Below are positions 49,641 to 60,860 of a DNA stretch of 64,000 bases, piece after piece (position 1 is the stretch's first letter; each line of letters opens with the position of its first letter). The notes beneath the pieces are model-generated. The model worked only from the letters and a program-made list of their open reading frames with translations. It was not told the origin of the DNA and ran no database searches. This stretch comes from Mobula hypostoma. Lineage: Eukaryota. Location of the stretch: contig NC_086108.1 in the NCBI RefSeq assembly GCF_963921235.1, positions 74,774,001 to 74,838,000 on the forward strand, given 5' to 3'. A program made the translations under genes and the position numbers.

Positions 49641-52344
49641 TAATGAAAACCCCATGACTATCGTAACATTGCCCTTCTGACATGTATTTTATACTTTATA
49701 CTTTATTGTCACCAAACAATTTATACTAGAGGGTACAATCATTACAGTGATATTTGATTTTGCTCTTTGTGCTCCCTGGAGTACAAATCGATAGTAAATA
49801 TTAAAAATTTAAATTATAAATCATAAATAGAAAATAGAAAAGGGAAAGTAAGGTAGTGCAAAAAAACTGAGAGGCAGGTCTGGATACTTGGAGGGTATGG
49901 CCCAGATCCTGGTCATTTTCTATCTACTGTTGTAATTTGTAGATCACATTTTATGATTGTTTGGAGGTCTATATATAACTCCCTTCAGGGTCTTTTTACC
50001 CTTGCTCCACCCACAATGATCCTACGCCTTAGTTGCAGGAGGGCCAGTTAATCGTTCTGGGGTTCTGTTGTTTTAGCTGTGATAGAGTGGGTGGGATTAA
50101 AAGGGGTGTGTTAGCATTACTAGTTAGGGAAAATGTCACTACAGTGCTCAGACAGGACAAACTGGAGAACTCATCTAATGAGGCTGAGAAATAAGAAAGG
50201 TATGACCACTTTAACGGAATTATATTATAGACGATTTAACAGTCTGCAGGACTTACAGGAGCAAATTGGTAGAGAGATTGCAGACATTTACAAGAAACAT
50301 AAGGTTGTGAAAGTAGGTGATTAACTTTCTGCATATTAACTGGGGCCCCCATACTGTAAAAGGGCTGAATGGGAAAGAGTTTGACAATGTGTTTTAGGAA
50401 ATTTTACTTCATCAGTACATAGAAGCCCCAACTAGAGAGAGTGCGATACAAGATCTCCTATTAGAGAATGAGACAGGGCAGGTAACAGAGGTTTGTGTAG
50501 GGGAACACTTTGCATCCAGTGATAATAATGTCATTAGTTTTAAGGTAATTATGGAAAAGGATAGGTTTGGTCTTCAGGTTGACATTCAAAATTAGAGAAA
50601 GGCCAGCTTTGATGGTATCAGAAAGGATCTGGGATGGGATAGGTCGTAAAGGTGTACTTGGTAAGTGGGAGGCCTTCAGAAGAGAAATCTTGAGTGTACA
50701 GATTTTTAATGTTCCTGTCAAAATAAAAGGCAAGGATAACAGATTTAGGAACCTTGGTTTTCAAGAGGTATTGAGGCTCTGGTTAAGAAAACAAAGGAGC
50801 TGAGTAGCAGGTATAGGAAGTTAGGAGCAAATGAGGTTCTTGAGGAGTATAAGAGATGCAAGAGAACACTTGAGAAGGAAATCAGGAGGGCAAACAGAAG
50901 GCATGAGGTTGCTGTAGTAGACAGGGTGAAGGAGAATTATGCACCACTTGTGCTGGCAGCTCATTTCACACTCTCACGACCCTCAGAGAGGAGAATGGAT
51001 GAGAGACTTCTATAGATATATTAAGAGCAAAAGGATAGTAAGGGACAAATTGATTTCTCTGGGAGTTCCGAGGTAATCTATGCATGGAGCTGAAAGAAAT
51101 GGGGGAAACTTTAAATAGCTTCTTTTGCATCTGCATTCACTTGGGAGACAGACACAGCATCTACAGAAGCAGCAATGAAGTCATGGAACCAGTACAGACT
51201 GCAGATGGGGGGTGTTTGCCGTCTTGAGGCAAATTAAGGTGGATAAATCCCCAGGGGCTGACAAGGTGTTCCCTTGGACCCTGTAGGAGGCTAGTGCAGA
51301 AATTGCAGGTGCCCTTGCAGAGGTATTTAAAATATCATTAGCCATGGGTGAGGTGCCAGAGGATTGAAGAATAGCTAATGCTTTTCCACTGTTTAAGAAA
51401 GGGTCTATGTATAATCCAGGAAATTATAGGTCACTGAGCCAGATATCAATAGTGGGATGGTTATTGGAAAGTATTCTAAGGGACTCGATATAAAAGTATT
51501 TGGATAGATAGAGACTTGGAATAGTCAACATGGCTTTGTGTGTGGTAGATTGTATCTAACCTTATAGAGTTTTTTGAGAAAGTTACCAAGAAAGTTGATG
51601 TAGGCAAGGCAGTGAATATTGTCTACATGGGCTTCAGCAAGGCTGTTGACAAGGTCCCACATGGGAAGTTAGTCAAGGAGGTTCAGTCGCTTGGCATTCA
51701 AGATGAGGTAGTAAATAGGATTGGTCATTGGCATCACAGAAGAAGCCAGAGATTGGTAGTAGATGATTGCCTCTGTCTGGCGGCCTGTGACTAGTGGTGT
51801 GCCACAGGGATCGGTTCTGCATTCATTGTTATTTGTCATCTAACACAACGATTGGGATGATAATGTGGTAAAATGGATCAGTAAATTTGAGAATGACTCC
51901 AAGATTGGGGGTGTAGTGAACTGCAAGGAAGACTATCAAAGCTTGCAGTGGGATCTGGACCAGCTGGAAAAATGGGCTGAAAATGTCAGATGGAATTTAG
52001 TGCAGACCTGTGTGATGTGTTACACTTTGGGAGGACCATCCAGGGTAGGTCGTATATGGTGAGTGGTAGGGCACTGAAGAGTGTGGTTTAAAAAAAAAAG
52101 GGATCTGAGAATGCAGATCTGAAATTCTTTGTAAGTGGCAACACAGGTAGATAGGGTCATAAAGAAACCTTTTGGCATATTGGCTTTCATAAATCAATGT
52201 ACAGGAGTTGGAATGTTATATTGAAATTATATTAGATGGGCTGGTGAGGCCTAATTTTGCCACGGTCCTGGCCGTCCCTCCCGTTTGTTCCTCATGATCT
52301 CCTAATTCCCTTTTCCCCCTGTTTCTCCTGCTCCCGTCCGTCTC

Positions 52345-52520
52345 TCTCTCTGTTTGTGTGTGTGTCTGTGTGTTTCTGTGTGTGTGTGTGCATGCGTGTG
52401 TGCGTCTGTGTGTGTATGTGTGTGTGTGTCTGTGTGTGCGCGTGGGTGTGTGTATGTGTCTCTATGTGTGTGTGTCTCTCTCTCTCTGTGTATGTGTCTG
52501 TGTGTGTGTGTGTGTGTGAG
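52345..52520. repeat. Compound (TG)n microsatellite inside the 5' LTR
   Basis: Direct inspection; absent from the 3' LTR. Confidence 0.95.
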
Positions 52521-53480
52521 AGAGCACGGTTGGCGTGGCGTTCCTTTTGTTCTCCTGGGCTTCCTGATTGCGGCGCACCTAAATCTCATCTAACCTGTGT
52601 TACGTAACCGGCAACAATGAATATTAATCGAGACAGGTTTTATGAAAACAACCAAACATTTATTAAACACATAAGCGATAAGGGGAAAAAAAACCACAAA
52701 GGAAAACTTTAACCGGAGGTTAAACAGGTACGCAGCCGTTCATCAACTCCACTCGGCTCTGGTTCCTAAAGTGTTAAATGCGGAAACTAGTTCTTAAAGC
52801 GATACAGTCAGATATAGTTCTTAAAGCGATAACTTCAAAAGTCCAACAGTTTTACGCATTCAATTGGGAGAGACTTCTCTGGAGTAGGATTTCTTCACCG
52901 ACGCACCTTTACTGCCGGTTCTGTCCATAGGATTCCCAATGCCAAAAATAAACAGTTTAAATCAACTGACCTTAAATTGTTTAGAGAGAGAGAGAGCCTT
53001 TGTGCATGAACTCATTGCACCATTGCAAGAGTTATCTCAATGCAGGTTCTCTTCAACGAAGACTCAATAAGGTCGATCCTTTATTAAACTGCCAAACAAT
53101 GCCGACTTTTCTCGATCCTTCACTTCGATGAATTCTTCACTCTCCCATCAAAACTGTCGGAATTGAGTAAATTGGCACTTCCAGCCACAAATTTCCAGTT
53201 CAAATACAATATCTTGTAAGAGAACGCACCTTCCGTTTTAAAAATGAAACTGTGTCACAAAAACAAACACGCAACAGAACCAGAGGCACAACATGTTCTA
53301 CCTGGAAATCTACAAACTCAAAAACCCACTGCGTCACCTGAGTCGACTCTTATATAGTCACAGGGCGCATGTCATCACGTGACCTCACATCGGCGGGAAA
53401 ATCACATCAGGTGACCTCCAAAAGACCATTACATCATTTTCACAGAAAAAAAACAGATCTCCCTCCAAAAGCATGTAATA

Positions 53481-53490
53481 CCTCCCTCCA
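53481..53490 (-). promoter_or_regulatory. Polypurine tract of the Gmr1-type element
   Basis: Minus strand (T)n-GGAGGGAGG directly abuts the 3' LTR. Confidence 0.8.
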
Positions 53491-53737
53491 AAAAAAAAAT
53501 TTTGGTCTCTTGAAGAACAAAAATTTAACAATTTATACAAAAAAAATACAAAGGTATAAAATTTACAAAATATACAATATATACAATCTTATCTTTCAGC
53601 CCTTTACAAACTAATGTACAGTAGGAGTGTTACAAATGATAAAATATCACTCCAAAAAAAAACAAATTTTCATTGTACATTTAACATCTAGACAACCAAT
53701 CAGCGATCACATTATCTTTACCCTTGATATGAGTGAC

Positions 53738-55276
53738 TTAAATATTGTACTCCTTTATATGACACAACTGTGTTGTCTTTCTCCTATCTGGGGTTTTTAC
53801 CACATAATCCACCTCATTTACTTTAGATTTAATCTCATAAGGACCATGGAATTTGGCTTGTAATGGGTTTGTTTGCACTGGGAAAAGAACCAACACCTTA
53901 TCTCCAGGCTTAAATGACCTCATCCTAGCTTCCTTATTATACCACGTCTTCATCTTCTCTTGAGCTAACTTTAAATTTTCTTTGGCCAAACTACAAGCTT
54001 TGAACAATCTGTCTTTAAATTTCAAAACATAATCTAACAAACTAGTGTGTACTTCTTTATTAATCCACTGTTCCTTCAACAAAGCCAAAGGTCCTCGAAC
54101 TCTATGTCCAAACACAAGTTCAAAAGGACTAAAACCTAACAATTCTTGTACTGCCTCACTGACTGCAAAAAGTAGTAAATGTATACCTTCATCCCAATCC
54201 TTCTCATTTTCTACACAATATGTCCTCATCGTAGTTTTTAGTGTAGAACGAAATCTCTCCAAGGCTCCTTGTGATTCTGGATGATAGGCTGAGGAAATAA
54301 TCTGCTTTGCTCCCAGTTTATAAACTATCTGCTGAAACAACCCAGACATAAAATTACTTCCTTGATCTGATTGTATTTCCTTAGGCAACCCAAAATAAGT
54401 GAAGAATTTTATAAGAGCTTTTCTCACAGTTTTGGCTGTTATATTCCTAAGAGGTACTGCCTCTGGAAACTTAGATGCTGTGCACATAATAGTTAATAAA
54501 TATTGATGTTCAGTTTTAGTTTTTGGCAAAGGACCTACACAGTCTACAATGATTTTTGAAAACGGCTCACCAAATACTGGAATTGGTTGCAGTGGAGCCA
54601 CTGGAGTAACCTGATTAGGTTTACCAACGATTTGACATGTATGACACGGTCTACAAAATGTTGCCACATCTTGTCTTAAACTAGGCCAATAAAAATGTTT
54701 AGAAACTTTGTTCATAGTTTTTTTTACCCCTAAATGACCACCCAAAGGAATACTATGAGCCATAGTCAAAATCTCATTTCGGTAAATTTTAGGAACAACA
54801 ACCTGATGATTAACTTCCCATTCCTCACTAGCAAGAATTGTAGGCGATCTCCACTTTCTCATTAATACCCCCTTTTCAAAATAATATCCAACTGGTACTT
54901 TTCCAATTTCACTATCTGGAAGAGCTTGTTCTTTTAATTTAACTATCTCAGGATCCCTACCCTGCTCTGCTATCATCTCCTTCCGAGATAAAGACAAATC
55001 TTCCTGGTCAAACTTACCACCAAAATCCTGATCAAATAAGGTAGGTAAGAAAGTTTCTGATACATCCTCAAAATTCAAATCTTGATTTGAACTGTCATGG
55101 GTAACAACCTCATCCTTTACATCAGTCTTTTTAGCCATAGCTCTTGTTACGACACAGGAAGAATCTGTGTTAGAATCCCTCTGTGGTTCCTCAGAATTTG
55201 AATTTATTGTCAAATGCACAGGAAAAACTTGTCCACCTGCTGAATCATTCCCTAACAAAAGAGAAACACCATTCAC
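53738..55276 (-). CDS. Gmr1 integrase ORF, uninterrupted for about 510 codons
   Basis: HHCC (AHSIPLGGHLG...CHTC); DDE (IVDCVGP, SDQGSNF, ESQGALE); GPY module (FHGPYEI). Confidence 0.9.
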   Translation of the reverse strand: MNGVSLLLGNDSAGGQVFPVHLTINSNSEEPQRDSNTDSSCVVTRAMAKKTDVKDEVVTHDSSNQDLNFEDVSETFLPTLFDQDFGGKFDQEDLSLSRKEMIAEQGRDPEIVKLKEQALPDSEIGKVPVGYYFEKGVLMRKWRSPTILASEEWEVNHQVVVPKIYRNEILTMAHSIPLGGHLGVKKTMNKVSKHFYWPSLRQDVATFCRPCHTCQIVGKPNQVTPVAPLQPIPVFGEPFSKIIVDCVGPLPKTKTEHQYLLTIMCTASKFPEAVPLRNITAKTVRKALIKFFTYFGLPKEIQSDQGSNFMSGLFQQIVYKLGAKQIISSAYHPESQGALERFRSTLKTTMRTYCVENEKDWDEGIHLLLFAVSEAVQELLGFSPFELVFGHRVRGPLALLKEQWINKEVHTSLLDYVLKFKDRLFKACSLAKENLKLAQEKMKTWYNKEARMRSFKPGDKVLVLFPVQTNPLQAKFHGPYEIKSKVNEVDYVVKTPDRRKTTQLCHIKEYNI

Positions 55277-55299
55277 AGATTAACTGGATTGTAGTCCTA

Positions 55300-56717
55300 C
55301 TTTAACAACCCCTGTAACTAATCCTGACCTTAAATTTACTCTATGTAAATGTACTAGCATAAGGCACTCCCTACTCCTCTTATATAATTTACCTCACCAA
55401 TGTCAGACTCATCACTAAACCTTAACACACTATCTAATATTAGTGATTGTGAAGCTCCAGTATCTCTAAGTATCCTTATCGGTACTGCATTGGATCCTTC
55501 TTTCAAGGATACAAATCCTTCTGTTATAAAAGCCTCATATCCCTTCTTAACTTGGTCAGACTCTGACACATCTTCATTAATATTTTCTAAACCCTGTGGT
55601 TTTACAGGTTTTCCAATATGCTGCACACAAGCATCTGGGGCCACTTTTTTCTCTTTCCGTTTCAATCAGAAGCAGTTAGCCACTATGTCCAGGTTTCTTA
55701 CAATAATTAGAAATAATACCAAAATGTCTTTCCTTCACGTCTCCCTTCATCCTTACTTTTCTCACTAACTTCAAGTTTAATGTCTGATTTACCTTGACTC
55801 TCCGTGCTAGTTTTCCTTTTAAAAAATTTTACCTGGAGAAAATGTATTCTTGTGAATTAAAACATACTCATCAACCAATTTAGCAATCTCCTGCAATGTA
55901 GCAGTGTCCCGCTCATTTTAGTATGTTCTCACTTCAACAGGAATGCTTCTTTTAAATTCCTCCTGCAAAATCAGCTCTTTCAATTTATTATACTCCCCAT
56001 TCACATTTTTAGAGGAAACCCATCTCTCAAAACATATAGATTTCTCATAGGCAAATTCCACATAAGTTTTTTCCACCGATTTTCTTTAAACTTCTAAATC
56101 TTTCTCTATACACTTCCAGAACCATCTCGTATGCGTTTAATATATTCTCTTTAACAATATCATAATCCGGTGCTTGCTCAGCATTTAAAGCTGTATAAAC
56201 TTGTTGTGCCTTGCCTTTAATTACACTTTGTAACATCACTGGCCATTGGTCCTTCGGCCACTTTAAACTCAGAGCAACTGTTTTGAAATGCTGAAAATAT
56301 GCATCCATATCAGTTTCATTAAATGGAGGAGCCAAAACGACCTCATGACTAGCAATGAATTGTTTTGTAGAACCAGAAGACTAATTCCCAGACCTCATTT
56401 TCTCCATCTCTAGCTCAAATTTCCTCTGGTTTTCAGCTTCTCTTTCTCTCATTTCCACTTTAAATTTTTCAAACTTTAACTGTTCAAGATGCAACTGCTT
56501 TTCCAGATTACTCATTGGAAACTTCTCTAACACCTCCTCCTCAAAACATTCCAAATTAATATAATGTTCAGCAATTTTCCTTTGTATGAAAACCTTGGTA
56601 GAATTTCTTGTAATCCCTTTAATATCCAAACTCTTATCAATCTCCAATACCACAGGTTTTCTCGCATTCTCTAAAAATCCCGAGTCGGGTGTCTTCAAAA
56701 ACTCGTCAATATCCATT
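55300..56717 (-). pseudogene. Gmr1 gag (with SCAN-like capsid CTD) and aspartic protease, disrupted
   Basis: PPFNETDMDAYFQHF...LKWPKDQW; SCAN-like LKELILQEEFKRSIPVEVRTY (about 55920-55985); protease ILRDTGASQSL. Confidence 0.85.
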
Positions 56718-56820
56718 GTTGCCGAATACAACACACACACCAATCAAACCAAAAAAAAATTGGGTATTCCCTTTCCAAATCAAAATGGCAATTACCAGCA
56801 CTTAAACTCAAAATCGGAAC

Positions 56821-56838
56821 ATCCCGGACAAGCCCCCA
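56821..56838 (-). promoter_or_regulatory. Primer binding site, tRNA-Pro type
   Basis: Minus strand TGGGGGCTTGTCCGGGAT is a 17/18 match to the canonical tRNA-Pro PBS TGGGGGCTCGTCCGGGAT, 8 nt inside the 5' LTR boundary. Confidence 0.9.
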
Positions 56839-58036
56839 CAAAATTATGTTATGTAACCGGCAACAATGAATATTAATCGAGACAGGTTTTATGAAAACAA
56901 CCAAACATTTATTAAACACATAAGTGATAAGGGAAAAAAAAAACACAAAGGAAAACTTTAACCGGAGGTTAAACAGGTATGCAGCCGTTCATCAACTCCA
57001 CTCGGCTCTGGTTCTTAAAGCGTTAAATGCGGAAACTAGTTCTTAAAACGATACAGTCAGATATAGTTCTTAAAGCGATAACTTCAAAAGTCCAACAGTT
57101 TTACGCATTCAATTAGGAGAGACTTCTCTGGAGTAGGATTTCTTCACCAACGCACCTTTACTGCTGGTTCTGTCCACAGGATTCCCGATGCCGAAAATAA
57201 ACAGTTTAAATCAACTGACCTTAAATTGTTTAGAGAGAGAGAGCCTTTGTGCATGAACTCATTGCGCCATTGCAAGAGTTATCTCAATGCAGGTTCTCTT
57301 CAATGAAGACTCAATAAGGTCGATCCTTTATTAAACTGCCAAACAATGCCGACTTCTCTCGATCCTTCACTTCGATGAATTCTTCACTCTCCCACCAAAA
57401 CTGTCGGAATTGAGTAAATTGGCACTTCCAGCCACAAATTTCCAGTTCAAATACCATATCTTGTAAGAGAACGCACCTTCCGTTTTAAAAATGAAACTGC
57501 ATCACAAAAACAAACACGCAACAGAAACGGAGGCACAACACGTTCTACCTGGAAATCTACAAACTCAAAAACTAACTGCGTCACCTGAGTCGACTCTTAT
57601 ATAGTCACAGGGCGCATGTCATCATGTGACCTCACATCAGCGGGAAAATCACATCAGGTGACCTCCAAAAGACCATTACATCACTTTCACAAGAAAAAAC
57701 AGATCTCCTTGAGCATGTAACACCTGCAGCATAAATACCTCAGCTTTCCATCTGCTCATCGCCAGATCATTGTTTCAGCCAGTGTAGTTATTCACGTTCC
57801 TGGTCACTTAGGATTATGTATTCTAAGTTTTGTTTCAGCACTGTGGTTTGCCTGTGTTAGCTCTGTCTCTCCATGTCAAGAGAAGCATTGTCTGCCGCCT
57901 GCCTTTCCATTCATCCTGCTGTTTGCCGTTCAGCTCCAGCCACGCTCACACCCTCGTCTGCATCCCAACTCTATCTCTGTGCCAGTGTCCTACGTTTGGG
58001 TTCACCCGTTCTCTACAACAGAACGATCTGACCACC

Positions 58037-59715
58037 ACGGACCCAGTGGACACAAACGCCATCCAACAACCCCTCGCCAGCCAGGGTTCCCTACTGGGAC
58101 AGCACGACCATCTCCTCCGGGAGGTCATGGAGAATCTCCGTTCCTTGTCTGCTCACGTCATGCAGATCGGTGACCAGGTGGACCCTATCTCCACTCATAT
58201 CACTCAACCCACTCCTGGAACCCAGCCCAGACCGCCTGTAGTGGCAACCCCCCATGCGTCACCAACACCCCCGCCCAGAGAGCCTCACGTCCCTGAGCCG
58301 GAGAACTATGCTGGAGATTTGGGGAAGTGCTGGGGTTTCCTCCTTCAGTGCTCCCTGGTGTTTGAACAGCAGTCGTCAATCTACTCCACAGATAAGTCTA
58401 AAATTGCTTATGTCATGGGGTTGCTACAGGGGAGTGCATTAGCGTGGGCCACAGCAGTTTGGGACAACCAACTTAATATCTGCTCCTCTTTCACCAGTTT
58501 CATCTCAGAGATGAGAAAAAGCTTCGATCACCCCATCCGTGGTAAAGACACCACCAAGCATCTATTCGTTCTCTGCCAGGGCTCCCGCAGTGTTGCTAAA
58601 TATTCAGTGGAGTTCCGGACGTTAGCAGCCGACTCGGGGTGGAACGATGAGTCACTCCAGGAGATTTTTCATAATGGACTCAACGACCTGGTGAAGGATG
58701 AGATGGCGGCGAGAGACGACTCCGACAGCCTGGATTCTCTGATGTCCCTGGCCACCAGGTTGGGCAATCACCTCCGGGAGTGCCGTAGAGAGAGAACTGG
58801 TCGTCCACCACCTTTGGCCACTTCTCAGCTCCCTTTTCCGCCTCCCACCAGAACAAGCCTCTCTCCTCCTCCTGCACCCTGAGTAGCTCCCAGCCCTGCC
58901 GTTTCCACCACCCCGGGAGAGGAACCCACGCAGCTGGGGTGGAACCACCTTACTCCCACAGAACGACTCCGGAGAACGAGAGCGGGCGAGTGCCTATATT
59001 ACGGTCAGTCCGGCCACTTCCTTGCCACCTGTGCCCTTCGGCCAGGAAGGGAGGGCTCACCAGCAGCAGGGGGGACCCTGGTGAGCCAGACAACCTTCCC
59101 TTTCGTCCCCTGACCCCGGATGCAGCTTCAAGCCACTTTGTGTCACAACCAACAGTCCTTGCCTCTGCTAGCACTAGTGGACTCCGGCGCAGAGGAAACT
59201 TCATGGATGAAAACCTAGCCCTCCAAGCCGGTATTTTTCATGAGCCTCTGTGTACCCTGCTGGACGCCAGGGTGCTAGGCAGTAGACTCCTGGCCTGGGT
59301 CACGCAGTGCACGGAACCCCCGCTTCTCCTTCTCTGTGGAAACCTTCGGGAACAGGTACGATTCAAACTAATCTCCTCTCCTCAGGCCCCTTTAGTTCTC
59401 GGCCACCCTTGGCTAAGCCGTCATAACCCCCACACCGACTGGTCCACCAGGAAGATAGTCAGCTGGAGCTCATCTCGTTCTGCCATTCCTCTTGCCTGCA
59501 ATCAGCCCTTCCCCCAGTGAAGGTCACCGCGACCTTGTCCGCCTCTGAACCCCCTGACTTGTCCACAGTCCCCGTATAATATCATGATCTTGGAGAGGTG
59601 CTCAGTAAGCAACGGGTCCTTTCTCTGCCTCCACATTGCCCTTACGATTGCCGATTGACTTTCTCCCCGGTGCCTCATTACCCACCAGTCGGCTGTATAG
59701 CCTGTCCTATCCAGA
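58037..59715 (+). pseudogene. Sushi-type gag (PEG10/RTL-like capsid, zinc knuckle), protease and pre-RT linker
   Basis: Start codon appears as ACG-GAC-CCA (58037); PENYAGDLGKCWGFLLQCSLVF; QGSRSVAKYSVEFRTLA; CLYYGQSGHFLATC (about 58990-59032); LVDSGA (about 59174); [21 protein letters not shown]. Confidence 0.9.
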
Positions 59716-59719
59716 AAGC

Positions 59720-60707
59720 ATGCAAGCAAAGTCCAGAGGTAAAGCACAAGGTGGTGAGAAAGGATCTGAAAAAGGTAATTTTGAAACAACTCAGTCATGT
59801 TCTAAGGCTGAAGTACCAGATCTGCTTTGTAATGAGTAATTCGAAGAGGAGATCAAGTTGCCAGCTGCTTTATCCAAGCCTAAAACAGATCATGAAGACG
59901 AACAAAGCAGAGACAAGAGTAATAAGCTGAAAAATGTTGCAGAGTATGTGGAGGAGGTGGAACTGACCAAAAGTAATGAAATACAAGAGAGTCATAAAGC
60001 AGAGTACGATCAGTACAGACCCAAAGCTGACCTGCATACAGATATTAAAAATGAAGAAATTGTAGAAGGGAAAAAAGATATTGTACATTTCGAGTTAAAG
60101 GAATGGCTTTTAGGAGAAAATGAAACAAATAGTACAGCAGAAAGATCTGAAAATACATTCTCAAAGTCAAGAGAAAAATTTGAAAATGATTAGTCTGATA
60201 ATGAAGGAACTGATATAGAAAATTCCCAGTTGTATTTAAAAGAAAGCAGACTGGTTACTCAGGAAGTTGCACACGCTTCTCCAGGAAACGTGGTGCAAAT
60301 TGAAAATTTGATAAAATCTGAAGACAAATTAGAGGAGAAATCTGCTGTAGTGGATAAACCTGTTGAAGCCACACCAGCTCAAGCACAAGAGGAGGAACAT
60401 CCAACACCATCGCAAGAGAAGACTACAAGGGTTGAAGATAAAGCAAGAAACCTGACCAGTGATGCAAGTAGCCAGAATAAACCAACCACTCGTGCAGCTA
60501 AGAAAGTAAGCAGTCCTGAGCATTTGTCTGTAACTGAGCAAGAAAAGTGTTCACTGACTTCCACAAAAGAGAAACCAACAACTGATTTAAAGTCGGGAAA
60601 ATCTCCAGCACCAGTATCAGTTACAGGATCAAGAAATCAACCATCTGCTGTGATTAAACAAGGGCGTAAAAGAGAAGCAAGTCCAGAATGCAAAAGATGA
60701 TAACATA
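59720..60707 (+). pseudogene. Captured host-like coding fragment (E/K/S-rich, disordered); BOD1L1 C-terminus tentatively suggested
   Basis: ORFs 59636-59839, 59858-60193 and 60230-60700 share one frame (about 325 codons, two internal stops). The segment is strongly A-rich against the C-rich element and has no TE motifs. Confidence 0.7.
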
Positions 60708-60710
60708 AAA

Positions 60711-60860
60711 CTCAAGCTACCCAGATCCATGTGCATTCATCCCACGTTCCACGTCTCCCAATTGAAACCTGTATCTGTCAGCCCTTGGTGCCCTCCTGCC
60801 GAACTCCCTCCACCCGCCTGGGTTGTCGACAATCCAGGCAAACCCAAGCCTGGAGACTCC
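60711..60860 (+). pseudogene. Integrase C-terminal remnant of the sushi-type element
   Basis: [20 protein letters not shown] motif. Confidence 0.85.

Larger units (their letters stand above)
52598..57722 (-). mobile_element. Gmr1-type Gypsy LTR retrotransposon lacking RT. LTRs at 52598-53480 and 56847-57722
   Basis: Two LTRs of about 880 bp (roughly 35 differences by eye); TGTTA...TAACA ends; 4-bp TSD CCTG (52594-52597 / 57723-57726); order gag-PR-IN-RNase H remnant. Confidence 0.95.

Noticed and set aside
52257..52607. Cys/Val-rich and His/Thr-rich ORFs (also 24467-25040)
   Set aside because: These are translations of TG/CA microsatellites.
53738..55276. 512-aa ORF as a host GIN-type integrase gene or an endogenous retrovirus (tRNA-Pro PBS)
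   Set aside because: It is bounded by paired LTRs, has the Gmr1 domain order and has no env.
57830..58882. 350-aa ORF as a domesticated PEG10/RTL-like host gene
   Set aside because: It lies inside an element with LTRs, PPT and TSD, its start codon appears mutated, and the downstream frame is broken. It is TE gag.
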